A stretch of 64,000 bases of DNA, from contig CALWNN010000085.1 of the NCBI GenBank assembly GCA_944382845.1, forward strand, positions 2,150-66,149, written 5' to 3'. A program made the translations under genes and the position numbers. Positions 10,759-18,731 of this stretch are shown in pieces. The notes beneath the pieces are model-generated. The model saw nothing but the letters and a program-made list of their open reading frames with translations. It was not told the origin of the DNA and did no database searches. The DNA is from an uncultured Clostridia bacterium (GTDB lineage: Bacteria; Bacillota; Clostridia; Oscillospirales; Ruminococcaceae). The stretch's first letter is position 1; each line of letters begins with the position of its first letter.

Positions 10759-11865
10759 ATGGATAAAAGGCCCTCTGTCAGAAACGGAAAAATTGAGTTT
10801 CTCAGGTTTTTGTTTTGCATTATAATATTATTGTTTCACGGACAGAAATATCTTATAGGAGAAACTCCCCTGCCAAAGGACATAAGGCTTGTATTTTTCC
10901 GCCACGGCGCAATCGGAGTTGAATTTTTCTTTCTTGTTTCGGGATATTTAATGGCAAAAACCATTTACAAAACAAGGACGGCAGACCGTGAAAACGGAAT
11001 GACCGAACAGACTCTCAGCAAAAACGCTCTTATGTTTATAAAAAAGAAATATATTTCTATCCTTCCTCAGCATCTTGCAGCATTCGTCATTGTTTTTATA
11101 GCTTATGTTATATCAAACGGCTTTACTGTCAAGGAGTGGATACTAAAAGCAATAAACAGTCTCCCGAACCTTTTTCTTATTGAAATGTCAGGACTGAGCT
11201 TTACAAACCCGAACCATATTGAATGGTATATTTCCAGTATGCTTATTGCAATGGCGATATTATATCCTTTCTGTTACAAATATTATTATACCTTTACCCG
11301 ATATGCGGCTCCTCTGATTTCTCTGCTGATTGTAGGATATCTGATATACGAAACAAAATATCTTTCGGGAGTTACGGTATGGATGGGATTTTCATACAAA
11401 GGAATGTTAAGGGCTGTTGCGGAAATCGCTCTCGGCACAACAGCCTTTGAGATATCACGGTACATGAATCAAAGAACCTTTTCAAAAGTTCAGCGATTTG
11501 CATTTACAGTTCTTGAACTATCCTGTCTTTCCGGAATTCTGATTTACTGCGTAACAACCTTCTCTTCAAGATATGAATCTTACGCTCTTATTGCTATTTT
11601 TGTGCTTGTGACCCTTGCTTTTTCAGGGGTTTCATACGGAAGCAGACTTTTTGACAACAAGCTTTGCTACTTCTTGGGGAACATTTCTCTTCCCGTTTAT
11701 CTGGCTCAGCTTGCGCCAATTTATGTCGTTCCTGTTTTCTTCCCGGATTCATCCGGCATGGAGCAGATTTTGTATGCCGTAATCCTGACGTTTGTACTGA
11801 CGTTTGTAATTATGGCTATGGGAAATCTTACAGCAAATGCTTTCAAAAAGCTTGGCATAAAATAA
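10759..11865 (+). CDS. Acyltransferase family 3 (OafA/YrhL-like) integral membrane protein
   Basis: 368 aa with about 10 TM segments. The N-terminal I.FLRF.....I...H motif is typical of acyltransferase_3. Confidence 0.7.
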   Translation: MDKRPSVRNGKIEFLRFLFCIIILLFHGQKYLIGETPLPKDIRLVFFRHGAIGVEFFFLVSGYLMAKTIYKTRTADRENGMTEQTLSKNALMFIKKKYISILPQHLAAFVIVFIAYVISNGFTVKEWILKAINSLPNLFLIEMSGLSFTNPNHIEWYISSMLIAMAILYPFCYKYYYTFTRYAAPLISLLIVGYLIYETKYLSGVTVWMGFSYKGMLRAVAEIALGTTAFEISRYMNQRTFSKVQRFAFTVLELSCLSGILIYCVTTFSSRYESYALIAIFVLVTLAFSGVSYGSRLFDNKLCYFLGNISLPVYLAQLAPIYVVPVFFPDSSGMEQILYAVILTFVLTFVIMAMGNLTANAFKKLGIK

Positions 11866-11946
11866 TTCCCTGTAAATCATAATATGCAAAAATAAGCCGA
11901 CTTGATTTTCTCAGATCCGGACGGCTTATTTTTTTGCACAAAAGTC

Positions 11947-11975
11947 TTGACAAACGCAAGTATTTCAATTATAAT
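11947..11975 (+). promoter_or_regulatory. Sigma-A type promoter of the symporter gene
   Basis: TTGACA (11947-11952), 17-nt spacer, TATAAT (11970-11975). Confidence 0.65.
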
Positions 11976-12048
11976 AGTTAATGGCCTCGCTTTAGCGATT
12001 AAAAGCATAAAAACTCTAAAGCAATAAACAGAAAAGGAAGTAAATACT

Positions 12049-13590
12049 ATGGTAAAATGGATAACACTTGCCATATATCTTGCCATAATGACAGGCATCG
12101 GGATATATTGCAGAAAAAAGACAGCCAATGTTGACGACTTTGTACTTGGAGGAAGGAATATCGGGGCTTGGTTTACCGCATTTGCTTACGGGACCTCTTA
12201 TTTTTCGGCAGTTGTTTTCATAGGCTATGCAGGACAGTTCGGCTGGCAGTTCGGAACCTCAGCCACATGGATAGGTATAGGAAACGCAATAATCGGTTCT
12301 ATGCTTGTGTGGATAATTTTAGGAAGAAGAACAAGAATAATGACCCAGCATTTAAAGGTCTCCACAATGCCCGAATTTTTTGAAAAGCGTTACAACTCAA
12401 AAGGAATAAAGATTTGTGCGGCAATTATCGTTTTTGTGTTCCTTATCCCTTACACAGCCTCCGTTTACAACGGACTTTCAAGGCTTTTTGAAATGGCGTT
12501 TGACATCGATTATTCATACTGCATAATTGCAATGGCGGTGTTGACGGCGGTTTATGTTATTTTAGGCGGTTACATGGCGACTGCGATAAACGACTTTGTG
12601 CAGGGAATTATCATGCTTGGAGGAATCATTGCCGTAGTAGTATGCGCTCTTGCCAACAAGGGCGGACTTTTCTCAGCTATACATAAGCTTAAAGAAATTC
12701 CGGCAACCCCCGAAGGAGCTTACGGTTCAATATTCGGTCCGGACCCCGTAAACCTTTTAGGAGTTGTAATACTTACCTCTCTGGGAACTTGGGGACTTCC
12801 CCAGATGATACACAAGTTTTACGCTGTCAAGGACGACAACGCAATAAAGCGCGGAACTGTCATCTCCACAATATTTGCAATCGTGGTTTCGGGCGGAAGC
12901 TATTTCCTCGGAGGCTTCGGACGGCTTTTTGTTACTCAGGAGGAAATAACTACTGTTTCCGGAAAACTTGCATATGACAGCATTATCCCAAAGCTTCTCG
13001 AAACAGCCATTCCGGAGGTTTTGGTGGGTATCGTTGTTGTTCTTGTACTTTCCGCTTCAATGTCAACCCTTTCCGCACTTGTTCTCACTTCAAGCTCTAC
13101 CCTTATTATCGACCTTATAAAGCCAAGATTCAAAAACGGACTCGGCGAGAAAAATCAGGTGTTCTTAATGAGGATATTCATTGCGGTATTTATCGTTCTT
13201 TCAGTAGTTATCGCCCTTAATCCAAACGCTTACATAACAACTCTCATGTCCATTTCATGGGGCGCTCTGTCGGGAGCTTTTCTTGCTCCGTTTATGTACG
13301 GACTTTTCTCGAAAAAGATAACAAAACCTGCGGTATGGACTTCATTTATTGCGGGAACGGGAATAACAATTATTCATATGTTCCTTTTCAGCCTTGGATT
13401 CTTCCCCTCCCTTACGGAAAAAGTCCGGTCCTTAGGACTTAGTTTCAATATTCTCTCTCCCATCAACGCCGGAGCTTTTGCAATGATAATGGGACTTGTG
13501 CTTGTGCCCGTTGTAAGCGCCTTTACAAGAAAAAGCCTTAAAAAGGACGAGGCTTATGTGGAAGAAGTGTTTACCTGCTACAAAGGATAA
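12049..13590 (+). CDS. Sodium:solute symporter family (SSF) transporter, substrate unassigned
   Basis: 513 aa with about 13 TM segments. It has the SSF N-terminal pattern (DF.LGGR..G....A....TY.SA..F.G..G) and the GTWGLPQ block. Confidence 0.78.
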   Translation: MVKWITLAIYLAIMTGIGIYCRKKTANVDDFVLGGRNIGAWFTAFAYGTSYFSAVVFIGYAGQFGWQFGTSATWIGIGNAIIGSMLVWIILGRRTRIMTQHLKVSTMPEFFEKRYNSKGIKICAAIIVFVFLIPYTASVYNGLSRLFEMAFDIDYSYCIIAMAVLTAVYVILGGYMATAINDFVQGIIMLGGIIAVVVCALANKGGLFSAIHKLKEIPATPEGAYGSIFGPDPVNLLGVVILTSLGTWGLPQMIHKFYAVKDDNAIKRGTVISTIFAIVVSGGSYFLGGFGRLFVTQEEITTVSGKLAYDSIIPKLLETAIPEVLVGIVVVLVLSASMSTLSALVLTSSSTLIIDLIKPRFKNGLGEKNQVFLMRIFIAVFIVLSVVIALNPNAYITTLMSISWGALSGAFLAPFMYGLFSKKITKPAVWTSFIAGTGITIIHMFLFSLGFFPSLTEKVRSLGLSFNILSPINAGAFAMIMGLVLVPVVSAFTRKSLKKDEAYVEEVFTCYKG

Positions 13591-13645
13591 GTCGTTTTAT
13601 CCCTTTTCCAAATAGAATTACTAAAAGAAATTTGAGAATATTGTA

Positions 13646-13674
13646 TTGACAGATATAAATTCTGATGTTATAAT
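13646..13674 (+). promoter_or_regulatory. Sigma-A type promoter of the acidic-repeat lipoprotein gene
   Basis: TTGACA (13646-13651), 17-nt spacer, TATAAT (13669-13674). Confidence 0.65.
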
Positions 13675-13675
13675 A

Positions 13676-13710
13676 ATACTGTGTATTAATGTTTTTTTAA
13701 TACACAGTAT
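13676..13710 (+). promoter_or_regulatory. Perfect 14-bp inverted repeat starting 2 nt after the -10 box (operator or leader hairpin)
   Basis: ATACTGTGTATTAA-tgttttt-TTAATACACAGTAT, followed by ATCTTTTATT. Confidence 0.6.
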
Positions 13711-13733
13711 ATCTTTTATTACGAAGGGAGGAT

Positions 13734-14549
13734 GTGCGTTTCCCGAAAGGATTTTACGCACAAATACTTATGAAAAAATTACTGGCAATTACTCTTGCTG
13801 CTCTTATGGCTTTTTCTATGGCTGCCTGCAATGAGGAAGAGAAGGACGATGATTCAGCAATATCAAACAATTCTTCTTCTGTTGTTGACGACGGCAGTTC
13901 TGAGGACGAGGACGGCTCGGATGTTGACGACGGCAGTTCCGAGGACGACGACGGCTCGGACGTTGACGACGGCAGTTCTGAGGACGACGGCTCGGACGTT
14001 GACGACGGCAGTTCTGAGGACGACGGCTCGGATGTTGACGACGGCAGTTCTGAGGACGACAGCTCGGACGTTGACGACGGCAGTTCTGAGGACGACGACA
14101 TCTCGGACGTTGACGATATAACCACCGCTTCGGGTACTATTGAAAACGGCGTTATCACTGTGCAAGAGCTTACAATGACAGTTGACGACACTTGGACGAT
14201 TGTTGATCAGTCAGGTCAGACATATTTTGTTCCTGCCGATTATGAGACTTACGGAAACAATGTAAACATTATCCGTCAGGCTTACGACGCAATGTTTGAT
14301 TCCTATAGCAAGGAAATATTTGAAACTCAGCTCCAGGCATTCATGGGCGAGGATTTTAAGGTTTCAAGCTTTGAAAGAACCACAATAAACGGCACTGACG
14401 CAATTTTAATGTCCTACGAGTACAGCGGATTCATCCTTACACAGGTAATGCTCAATACTGATGATTGTTCATTTATCGTAACCTTTACAGGCACAGGCGG
14501 AACATTTGAAGATGTTACTCCGTTTATTGAAACCATTGAAGTAAAATAA
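13734..14549 (+). CDS. Lipoprotein with Asp/Glu/Ser-rich tandem repeats and a globular C-terminal domain of unknown function
   Basis: The canonical lipoprotein signal MKKLLAITLAALMAFSMAAC starts at the ATG at 13770. The maximal ORF uses the GTG at 13734. Repeats are of the form DDGSSEDDDGSDV. Confidence 0.65.
   Translation: MRFPKGFYAQILMKKLLAITLAALMAFSMAACNEEEKDDDSAISNNSSSVVDDGSSEDEDGSDVDDGSSEDDDGSDVDDGSSEDDGSDVDDGSSEDDGSDVDDGSSEDDSSDVDDGSSEDDDISDVDDITTASGTIENGVITVQELTMTVDDTWTIVDQSGQTYFVPADYETYGNNVNIIRQAYDAMFDSYSKEIFETQLQAFMGEDFKVSSFERTTINGTDAILMSYEYSGFILTQVMLNTDDCSFIVTFTGTGGTFEDVTPFIETIEVK
13884..14116 (+). repeat. In-frame tandem repeats (about six units of 36-39 bp) encoding VDDGSSEDD(D)GSD
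   Basis: GTTGACGACGGCAGTTCTGAGGACGACGGCTCGGAC recurs with point and 3-nt length variants. Long repeat-derived ORFs on the antisense strand are artefacts. Confidence 0.9.
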
Positions 14550-14570
14550 ATCTTTCGTTTGGAATAACCG

Positions 14571-14603
14571 ACTCCCCTTTTACTACAAAAGGGGAGTTTT
14601 TTT
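14571..14603 (+). terminator. Rho-independent terminator
   Basis: ACTCCCCTTTT-actac-AAAAGGGGAGT followed by TTTTTT. Confidence 0.85.
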
Positions 14604-14618
14604 GTGCTTTGCTCCAAT

Positions 14619-14652
14619 ATTGTCAACCAGATATCGATAACCAGTTGACAAT
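14619..14652 (+). promoter_or_regulatory. Candidate biotin-repressor (BirA-type) operator overlapping the bioY -35 box
   Basis: ATTGTCAAC-N16-GTTGACAAT. The half sites TGTCAACC / AGTTGACA resemble the Firmicute TGT.AACC-N14/15-GGTT.ACA BirA box as I recall it. Confidence 0.45.
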
Positions 14653-14673
14653 TCAAATGAACTGTGCTACAAT
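14645..14673 (+). promoter_or_regulatory. Sigma-A type promoter of bioY
   Basis: TTGACA (14645-14650), 17-nt spacer, TACAAT (14668-14673). Confidence 0.65.
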
Positions 14674-14707
14674 TAATAAAGATTTTCATAACTAAGGAGA
14701 AAAAACT

Positions 14708-15268
14708 ATGATCAAAGACAGAAGCAAAACTCTTACTATTGTTTTATGCGGAGTTTTTACAGCTCTCATTGCAGTATGCTCGTGGATATCAATTCCCGGA
14801 GAAGTACCCTTTACATTGCAGACCTTTGCGGTATTTGTTACCGTAGGTCTTTTAGGAGCAAAGGCAGGACTTATGTCGGTTATCGCTTACATACTTTTAG
14901 GGGCGTGCGGGGTACCTGTTTTCGCAGGATTTTCCGGAGGCTTAGGCTATCTTTTCGGCACAAGCGGCGGATATATAATCGGGTTTGTATTTCTGGCGCT
15001 TGTGATGTGGGGATTTGAAAAACTTCCTTACGCAAAGAAGTTTCCCATGCTGATTCTTTCCATGATTGCAGGACTTGCCGTATGCTACCTTTTCGGAACA
15101 GCATGGTACATGGTGGTTTACACAAGAAATACAGGTGCAGTGGGACTCGGAACAGTTCTCGGCTGGTGCGTTATTCCATTTATAATTCCCGACCTTATCA
15201 AGATTTTCTGCGCCGCAGTAATTATAAACAGGGTGAAAAAGTATGTCGGCGTTTTTGAAGCTAAATAA
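14708..15268 (+). CDS. bioY: Biotin transporter BioY (ECF S-component)
   Basis: 186 aa with 6 TM segments. The BioY pattern is present: ...C.A.F.AL.A....I.IP....PFTLQTF.V...G.LLG...G. Confidence 0.85.
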   Translation: MIKDRSKTLTIVLCGVFTALIAVCSWISIPGEVPFTLQTFAVFVTVGLLGAKAGLMSVIAYILLGACGVPVFAGFSGGLGYLFGTSGGYIIGFVFLALVMWGFEKLPYAKKFPMLILSMIAGLAVCYLFGTAWYMVVYTRNTGAVGLGTVLGWCVIPFIIPDLIKIFCAAVIINRVKKYVGVFEAK

Positions 15269-15314
15269 AAACCATGTCCTTGTGAATCAAGCAGAGCGAC
15301 AGAATTTACCTGAC

Positions 15315-15336
15315 ATTTAAATAGCGACTTATGGAT
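15315..15336 (+). repeat. Possible collapsed (ends-only, 22 nt) copy of the repeat family
   Basis: ATTTAAAT-AGCGACTTATGGAT, compared with the family ends ATTTAAATCGG...GGCGACTTGGTTAT. It lies between the bioY stop and the terminator. Confidence 0.4.
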
Positions 15337-15337
15337 A

Positions 15338-15374
15338 GAAAAAATCCCCGACTCATGTGAATCGGGGATTTTTG
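15338..15374. terminator. Bidirectional rho-independent terminator between convergent bioY and the M23 peptidase gene
   Basis: AAAAA-ATCCCCGA-ctcatgtgaa-TCGGGGAT-TTTT. Confidence 0.8.
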
Positions 15375-15384
15375 CATATTCTTT

Positions 15385-16785
15385 TTACAGATAATTAAGT
15401 GGATTCTGTGCAACTCCGTTTAAAAGTATTTCAAAGTGAAGATGATCTCCCGTTGAAAATCCTGTTGAACCTACGATTCCCAGAACATCGCCCTGATTTA
15501 CCTTCTGACCAACAGAAACATTCATATACTGTGCGTGTCCGTAAAGTGTCATATAGCCGTTTCCGTGGTTTATGATGCAATAGTTTCCGTATCCTCCGCC
15601 ACAACCGCACGAACCGCTCTTGCCATAGTCGTGAGAACATGAATTGTTGACTTTTACAACTGTTCCGCTGTCAGAAGCACAGATATTTGCTCCTCTGATG
15701 CCGTATGAGGAAATATCTATTCCCTTATGGTATGCGCCCCATCTCCAGCCTACTCCGGAGGTTATGTTATAATATCCGGGGACAGGCCATGCAAATATTC
15801 CCGAGCCGTACTGAAAAGAGTCGTCCGAAGAGCTGCTGCTTCCGGAATTGTTTGAGCTTTCCGAGCTGTCAGAACTTCCGCTCTGCTGATTCTGCTGAGC
15901 CAAAGCCTCCTGCTTTTTACGCTCTTCCTCTTCACGGCGCTTTCTTTCTTCCTCTTCTTTCTTACGCTGTTCCTCCTGTGCCACAAGGTCGTCAATAACG
16001 TCCTGAATGTCCATCATTTCCCCTTCAAGTTCGCTGTAGTCGCTCTCGCCCTGAATAATCAGACCCTCAAGTTCCTCAGCCGACTCCTGGCTCTCAGCAT
16101 AAAGCCCGCTCAGCTTTTCACGCTGAACGTCCTGCTCCTCCTTCTGAGTATTATACTCAGTCATCTGAACCTCAAGCTCCTGCTTCTTTATTTCAAGAGC
16201 CTCTTCCTCGGCTTCAAGCTGTTTTTTAAGGTCGTAAAGCTCGCTTATTATTTTGTTGTCGTAATCTGCAACTCTCTTAACAAGCTCCGTTTTCATAAGC
16301 ATATCGTAAAAGCCGTCGGCAGAAAGAATAAGACTGCTGTAAGACCCTTCGCCGGCAATATACATCGCTCTCAGTCTTGCCATAAAGGCTTGCTTGCCTT
16401 CTTCTATCTCGACCTTCTTTTCCTCAATAGCCTTCTCCTTGTCGGCTATATCCGTTTCACAAGCGCTTATGTCCTTTTTAAGCTGTAAAATATAATTTGA
16501 AAGAACTTCGAGAGTATTTTCAACAGTATCTATCTGTACAAGAAGATCCTCCTGATAAGCCTTTTCATTTTCAAGATCGTTCTTGTTCTGCTGAAGCTGA
16601 GCGTCTATCTCAGCCTGCTGTTGCTTATAGTCCTCAAGCTGTTGCTGATACTCGTTTATCTGCTCCTGATAGGAAGCAGCTTCAGTAGTTATCTCAGGCT
16701 TGTTACTGTTGTTTGAAACTATCATTGTAGCTGCAACAATAAATGCAGTCAATGCTGCAGCAACCTGTTTGATTCTGCTTTTCAT
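15385..16785 (-). CDS. Secreted coiled-coil plus M23 (LytM) peptidase, EnvC/PcsB-like partner of FtsEX
   Basis: 466 aa. It has a signal/TM, about 250 aa of heptad-rich Q/E/K coiled coil, a Ser-rich linker, and an M23 domain (HKGIDI ... GDHLHFEI). It sits directly downstream of ftsE-ftsX. Confidence 0.82.
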   Translation of the reverse strand: MKSRIKQVAAALTAFIVAATMIVSNNSNKPEITTEAASYQEQINEYQQQLEDYKQQQAEIDAQLQQNKNDLENEKAYQEDLLVQIDTVENTLEVLSNYILQLKKDISACETDIADKEKAIEEKKVEIEEGKQAFMARLRAMYIAGEGSYSSLILSADGFYDMLMKTELVKRVADYDNKIISELYDLKKQLEAEEEALEIKKQELEVQMTEYNTQKEEQDVQREKLSGLYAESQESAEELEGLIIQGESDYSELEGEMMDIQDVIDDLVAQEEQRKKEEEERKRREEEERKKQEALAQQNQQSGSSDSSESSNNSGSSSSSDDSFQYGSGIFAWPVPGYYNITSGVGWRWGAYHKGIDISSYGIRGANICASDSGTVVKVNNSCSHDYGKSGSCGCGGGYGNYCIINHGNGYMTLYGHAQYMNVSVGQKVNQGDVLGIVGSTGFSTGDHLHFEILLNGVAQNPLNYL

Positions 16786-16833
16786 ATCATCCCTCCGGGT
16801 TTTGCCGTATCCTTTTTTCCTTGTCCTTTTGTG

Positions 16834-17002
16834 ATTTAAATCGGAGCAAAGCGTGATAAGCTCGCTTAATCACGTTGCGACGATTGCAATCGTCGCCGAG
16901 GAGCTTTGCTCCTCAGTTTTTCAGTGGGGGATTAAAACCCCCACTGAAAAACTGAATGGAACCCGCCGCCTTAGAGGCGGGGGACATCGGCGACTTGGTT
17001 AT
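16834..17002 (+). repeat. Full-length (169 nt) copy of a modular hairpin-rich intergenic repeat (reference copy)
   Basis: It is made of consecutive hairpins. These are GTGATAAG/CTTAATCAC, GCGACGATTG/CAATCGTCGC, GAGGAGC/GCTCCTC, TTTTTCAGTGGGGG/CCCCCACTGAAAAA and CCCGCC/GGCGGG. The ends are ATTTAAATCGGAGCAAAGC and CGGCGACTTGGTTAT. Confidence 0.9.
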
Positions 17003-17004
17003 AG

Positions 17005-17910
17005 TTATACCTTGCAGTACTTGCTTGTACTGATGGTAGTTCCTATTGCCCCTATAACAGCTCCCGCAACAATATAGGCTGTCGCTACATATTTTACGAT
17101 GGAATCGTATGAATAAAGCGATGAGATGCCAAGAGCGGTAAGAATGTTCATATTGTTTGTGAGAATGTCGTAAAGTCCCACATATACAAACTTAGTCAAA
17201 AACAGCGAACATACTCCTGCAAGAACTCCGATAAGCATACCTTCAACAAAGAAAGGTATTCTTATAAATCTGTTTGTGGCTCCCACATATCTCATAATGT
17301 TTATTTCTTTTCTTCTTGAGAACACGCTTGCTCTTGTTGTATTAGAAATGATTATAAGACAGACTACAACAAGCGCTGCGATAATTGCAGTTGAAACAAG
17401 AGTGAGTATATTTCTTATGCTTATAAGAACGTCCGCATACTCGTTAGGCGATTTAACGCTTTCAACGTTTTCCAAAGCCGATATCTGCACCGTGGTGTTT
17501 CCCATAGTCTCGATATCCACAACAGTAACTCTGTAGGTATCGGGAAGAGGGTTATCGTCTGCATACTGGAAAAGATCCTTTTCCTCCTCGGTCATATCAG
17601 CCACCATGTCCTGCCACGCCTGATCCCTCGAGAAAAATTCGCACCCGGAGATATTTGCAAGACTTTGTATGCTCTGTCCAAGTTCATCTATCTGTTCCTG
17701 ACTGACGCCGTCGTTTATAATAACGACTATCTCGTTTTTCTCTTCCATTGAGTCTATGGCTCTGTTAAGATTTAATGCGAGCAGAAAAGTAAGCCCCACA
17801 AGGAGCAGTGAAACAAGCATTATACAAAATGACGCAAAGGACATCATCCTGTTTCGCCAGACTCCCTTTATTCCCTGACCTATAAGGTCTTTATATGTAC
17901 TGACTCTCAT
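17005..17910 (-). CDS. ftsX: Cell division permease-like protein FtsX
   Basis: 301 aa. It has the FtsX topology (TM1, large extracytoplasmic loop, 3 C-terminal TMs) and overlaps ftsE by 4 nt. Confidence 0.88.
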   Translation of the reverse strand: MRVSTYKDLIGQGIKGVWRNRMMSFASFCIMLVSLLLVGLTFLLALNLNRAIDSMEEKNEIVVIINDGVSQEQIDELGQSIQSLANISGCEFFSRDQAWQDMVADMTEEEKDLFQYADDNPLPDTYRVTVVDIETMGNTTVQISALENVESVKSPNEYADVLISIRNILTLVSTAIIAALVVVCLIIISNTTRASVFSRRKEINIMRYVGATNRFIRIPFFVEGMLIGVLAGVCSLFLTKFVYVGLYDILTNNMNILTALGISSLYSYDSIVKYVATAYIVAGAVIGAIGTTISTSKYCKV

Positions 17911-18590
17911 TCCTCAGCACCTCCGAAAACCTGGTCGATGGTAATGCTTCCTTTTTCAAGTCTTATGATTCTTCCTCCGAAATGAACAACGTTGGAAAGG
18001 TCGTGAGTAACCACAAGCACAGTTGTTCCGCAGGCGTTTATTCCCTTTAAAAGTTCAAATATACCGTATGTCAGGGCAGGGTCAACATTTGCGGTAGGCT
18101 CGTCCGCAATTATAAGCTTAGGGTCGTTTACAAGCGCCCTTGCAAGGGCAACTCTCTGCTGCTCTCCTCCCGAAAGCTCTTCCGGAAGGCAGTCCGCCTT
18201 GTCGGAAAGACCCACAAGTCCGATAACGTACGGCACTCTTGTTTTTATATATTTCTTAGGAGCGTCAACGCATCTCATAACAAATGCAATATTCTCATAT
18301 ACCGTCATAGTCGGGATAAGTCTGTAGTCCTGAAACACAACTCCTATGGTTCTTCTTAAATTAGGTATCTTTCTTCTTTTCATAGAAGTAAGGTCAAAAC
18401 CGTTTACCATTATTTTTCCGCTTGTAGCGTCTATCTCTTTCTGCAAAAGCTTTATAAGTGTGGATTTACCCGCACCGGATTCGCCTACTATAAAAACGAA
18501 ATCCCCGTCGTTTATAGTAAGGTTTATATCGTTTAACGCGTCAACGCCGGTCGAGGAATATGTGACCGAAACGTCTTTGAATTCAATCAT
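17907..18590 (-). CDS. ftsE: Cell division ATP-binding protein FtsE
   Basis: 227 aa. It has Walker A GESGAGKST, signature LSGGEQQRVALARAL and Walker B LIIADEPT. Confidence 0.9.
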   Translation of the reverse strand: MIEFKDVSVTYSSTGVDALNDINLTINDGDFVFIVGESGAGKSTLIKLLQKEIDATSGKIMVNGFDLTSMKRRKIPNLRRTIGVVFQDYRLIPTMTVYENIAFVMRCVDAPKKYIKTRVPYVIGLVGLSDKADCLPEELSGGEQQRVALARALVNDPKLIIADEPTANVDPALTYGIFELLKGINACGTTVLVVTHDLSNVVHFGGRIIRLEKGSITIDQVFGGAEE

Positions 18591-18731
18591 TTTGCTGCAC
18601 CGCCTTTTGTTTTATATCTTTTTATATCTTTTAAATCGGAGTAAATCTTAATTCTGCTTAACCTTCAAACAAAATCAAAGCCCTGCAAAAAGGCAACCTT
18701 CAGGGCTTTGTGTTTTCATTTATGACCTGTA

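Noticed and set aside
13754-14191. Several 100-145-aa ORFs on both strands across the acidic repeat, and a 115-aa poly-Val ORF at 24723-25070.
   Set aside because: They are artefacts of reading tandem or low-complexity repeats in other frames. Only the lipoprotein frames have signal peptides, lipoboxes and RBSs.
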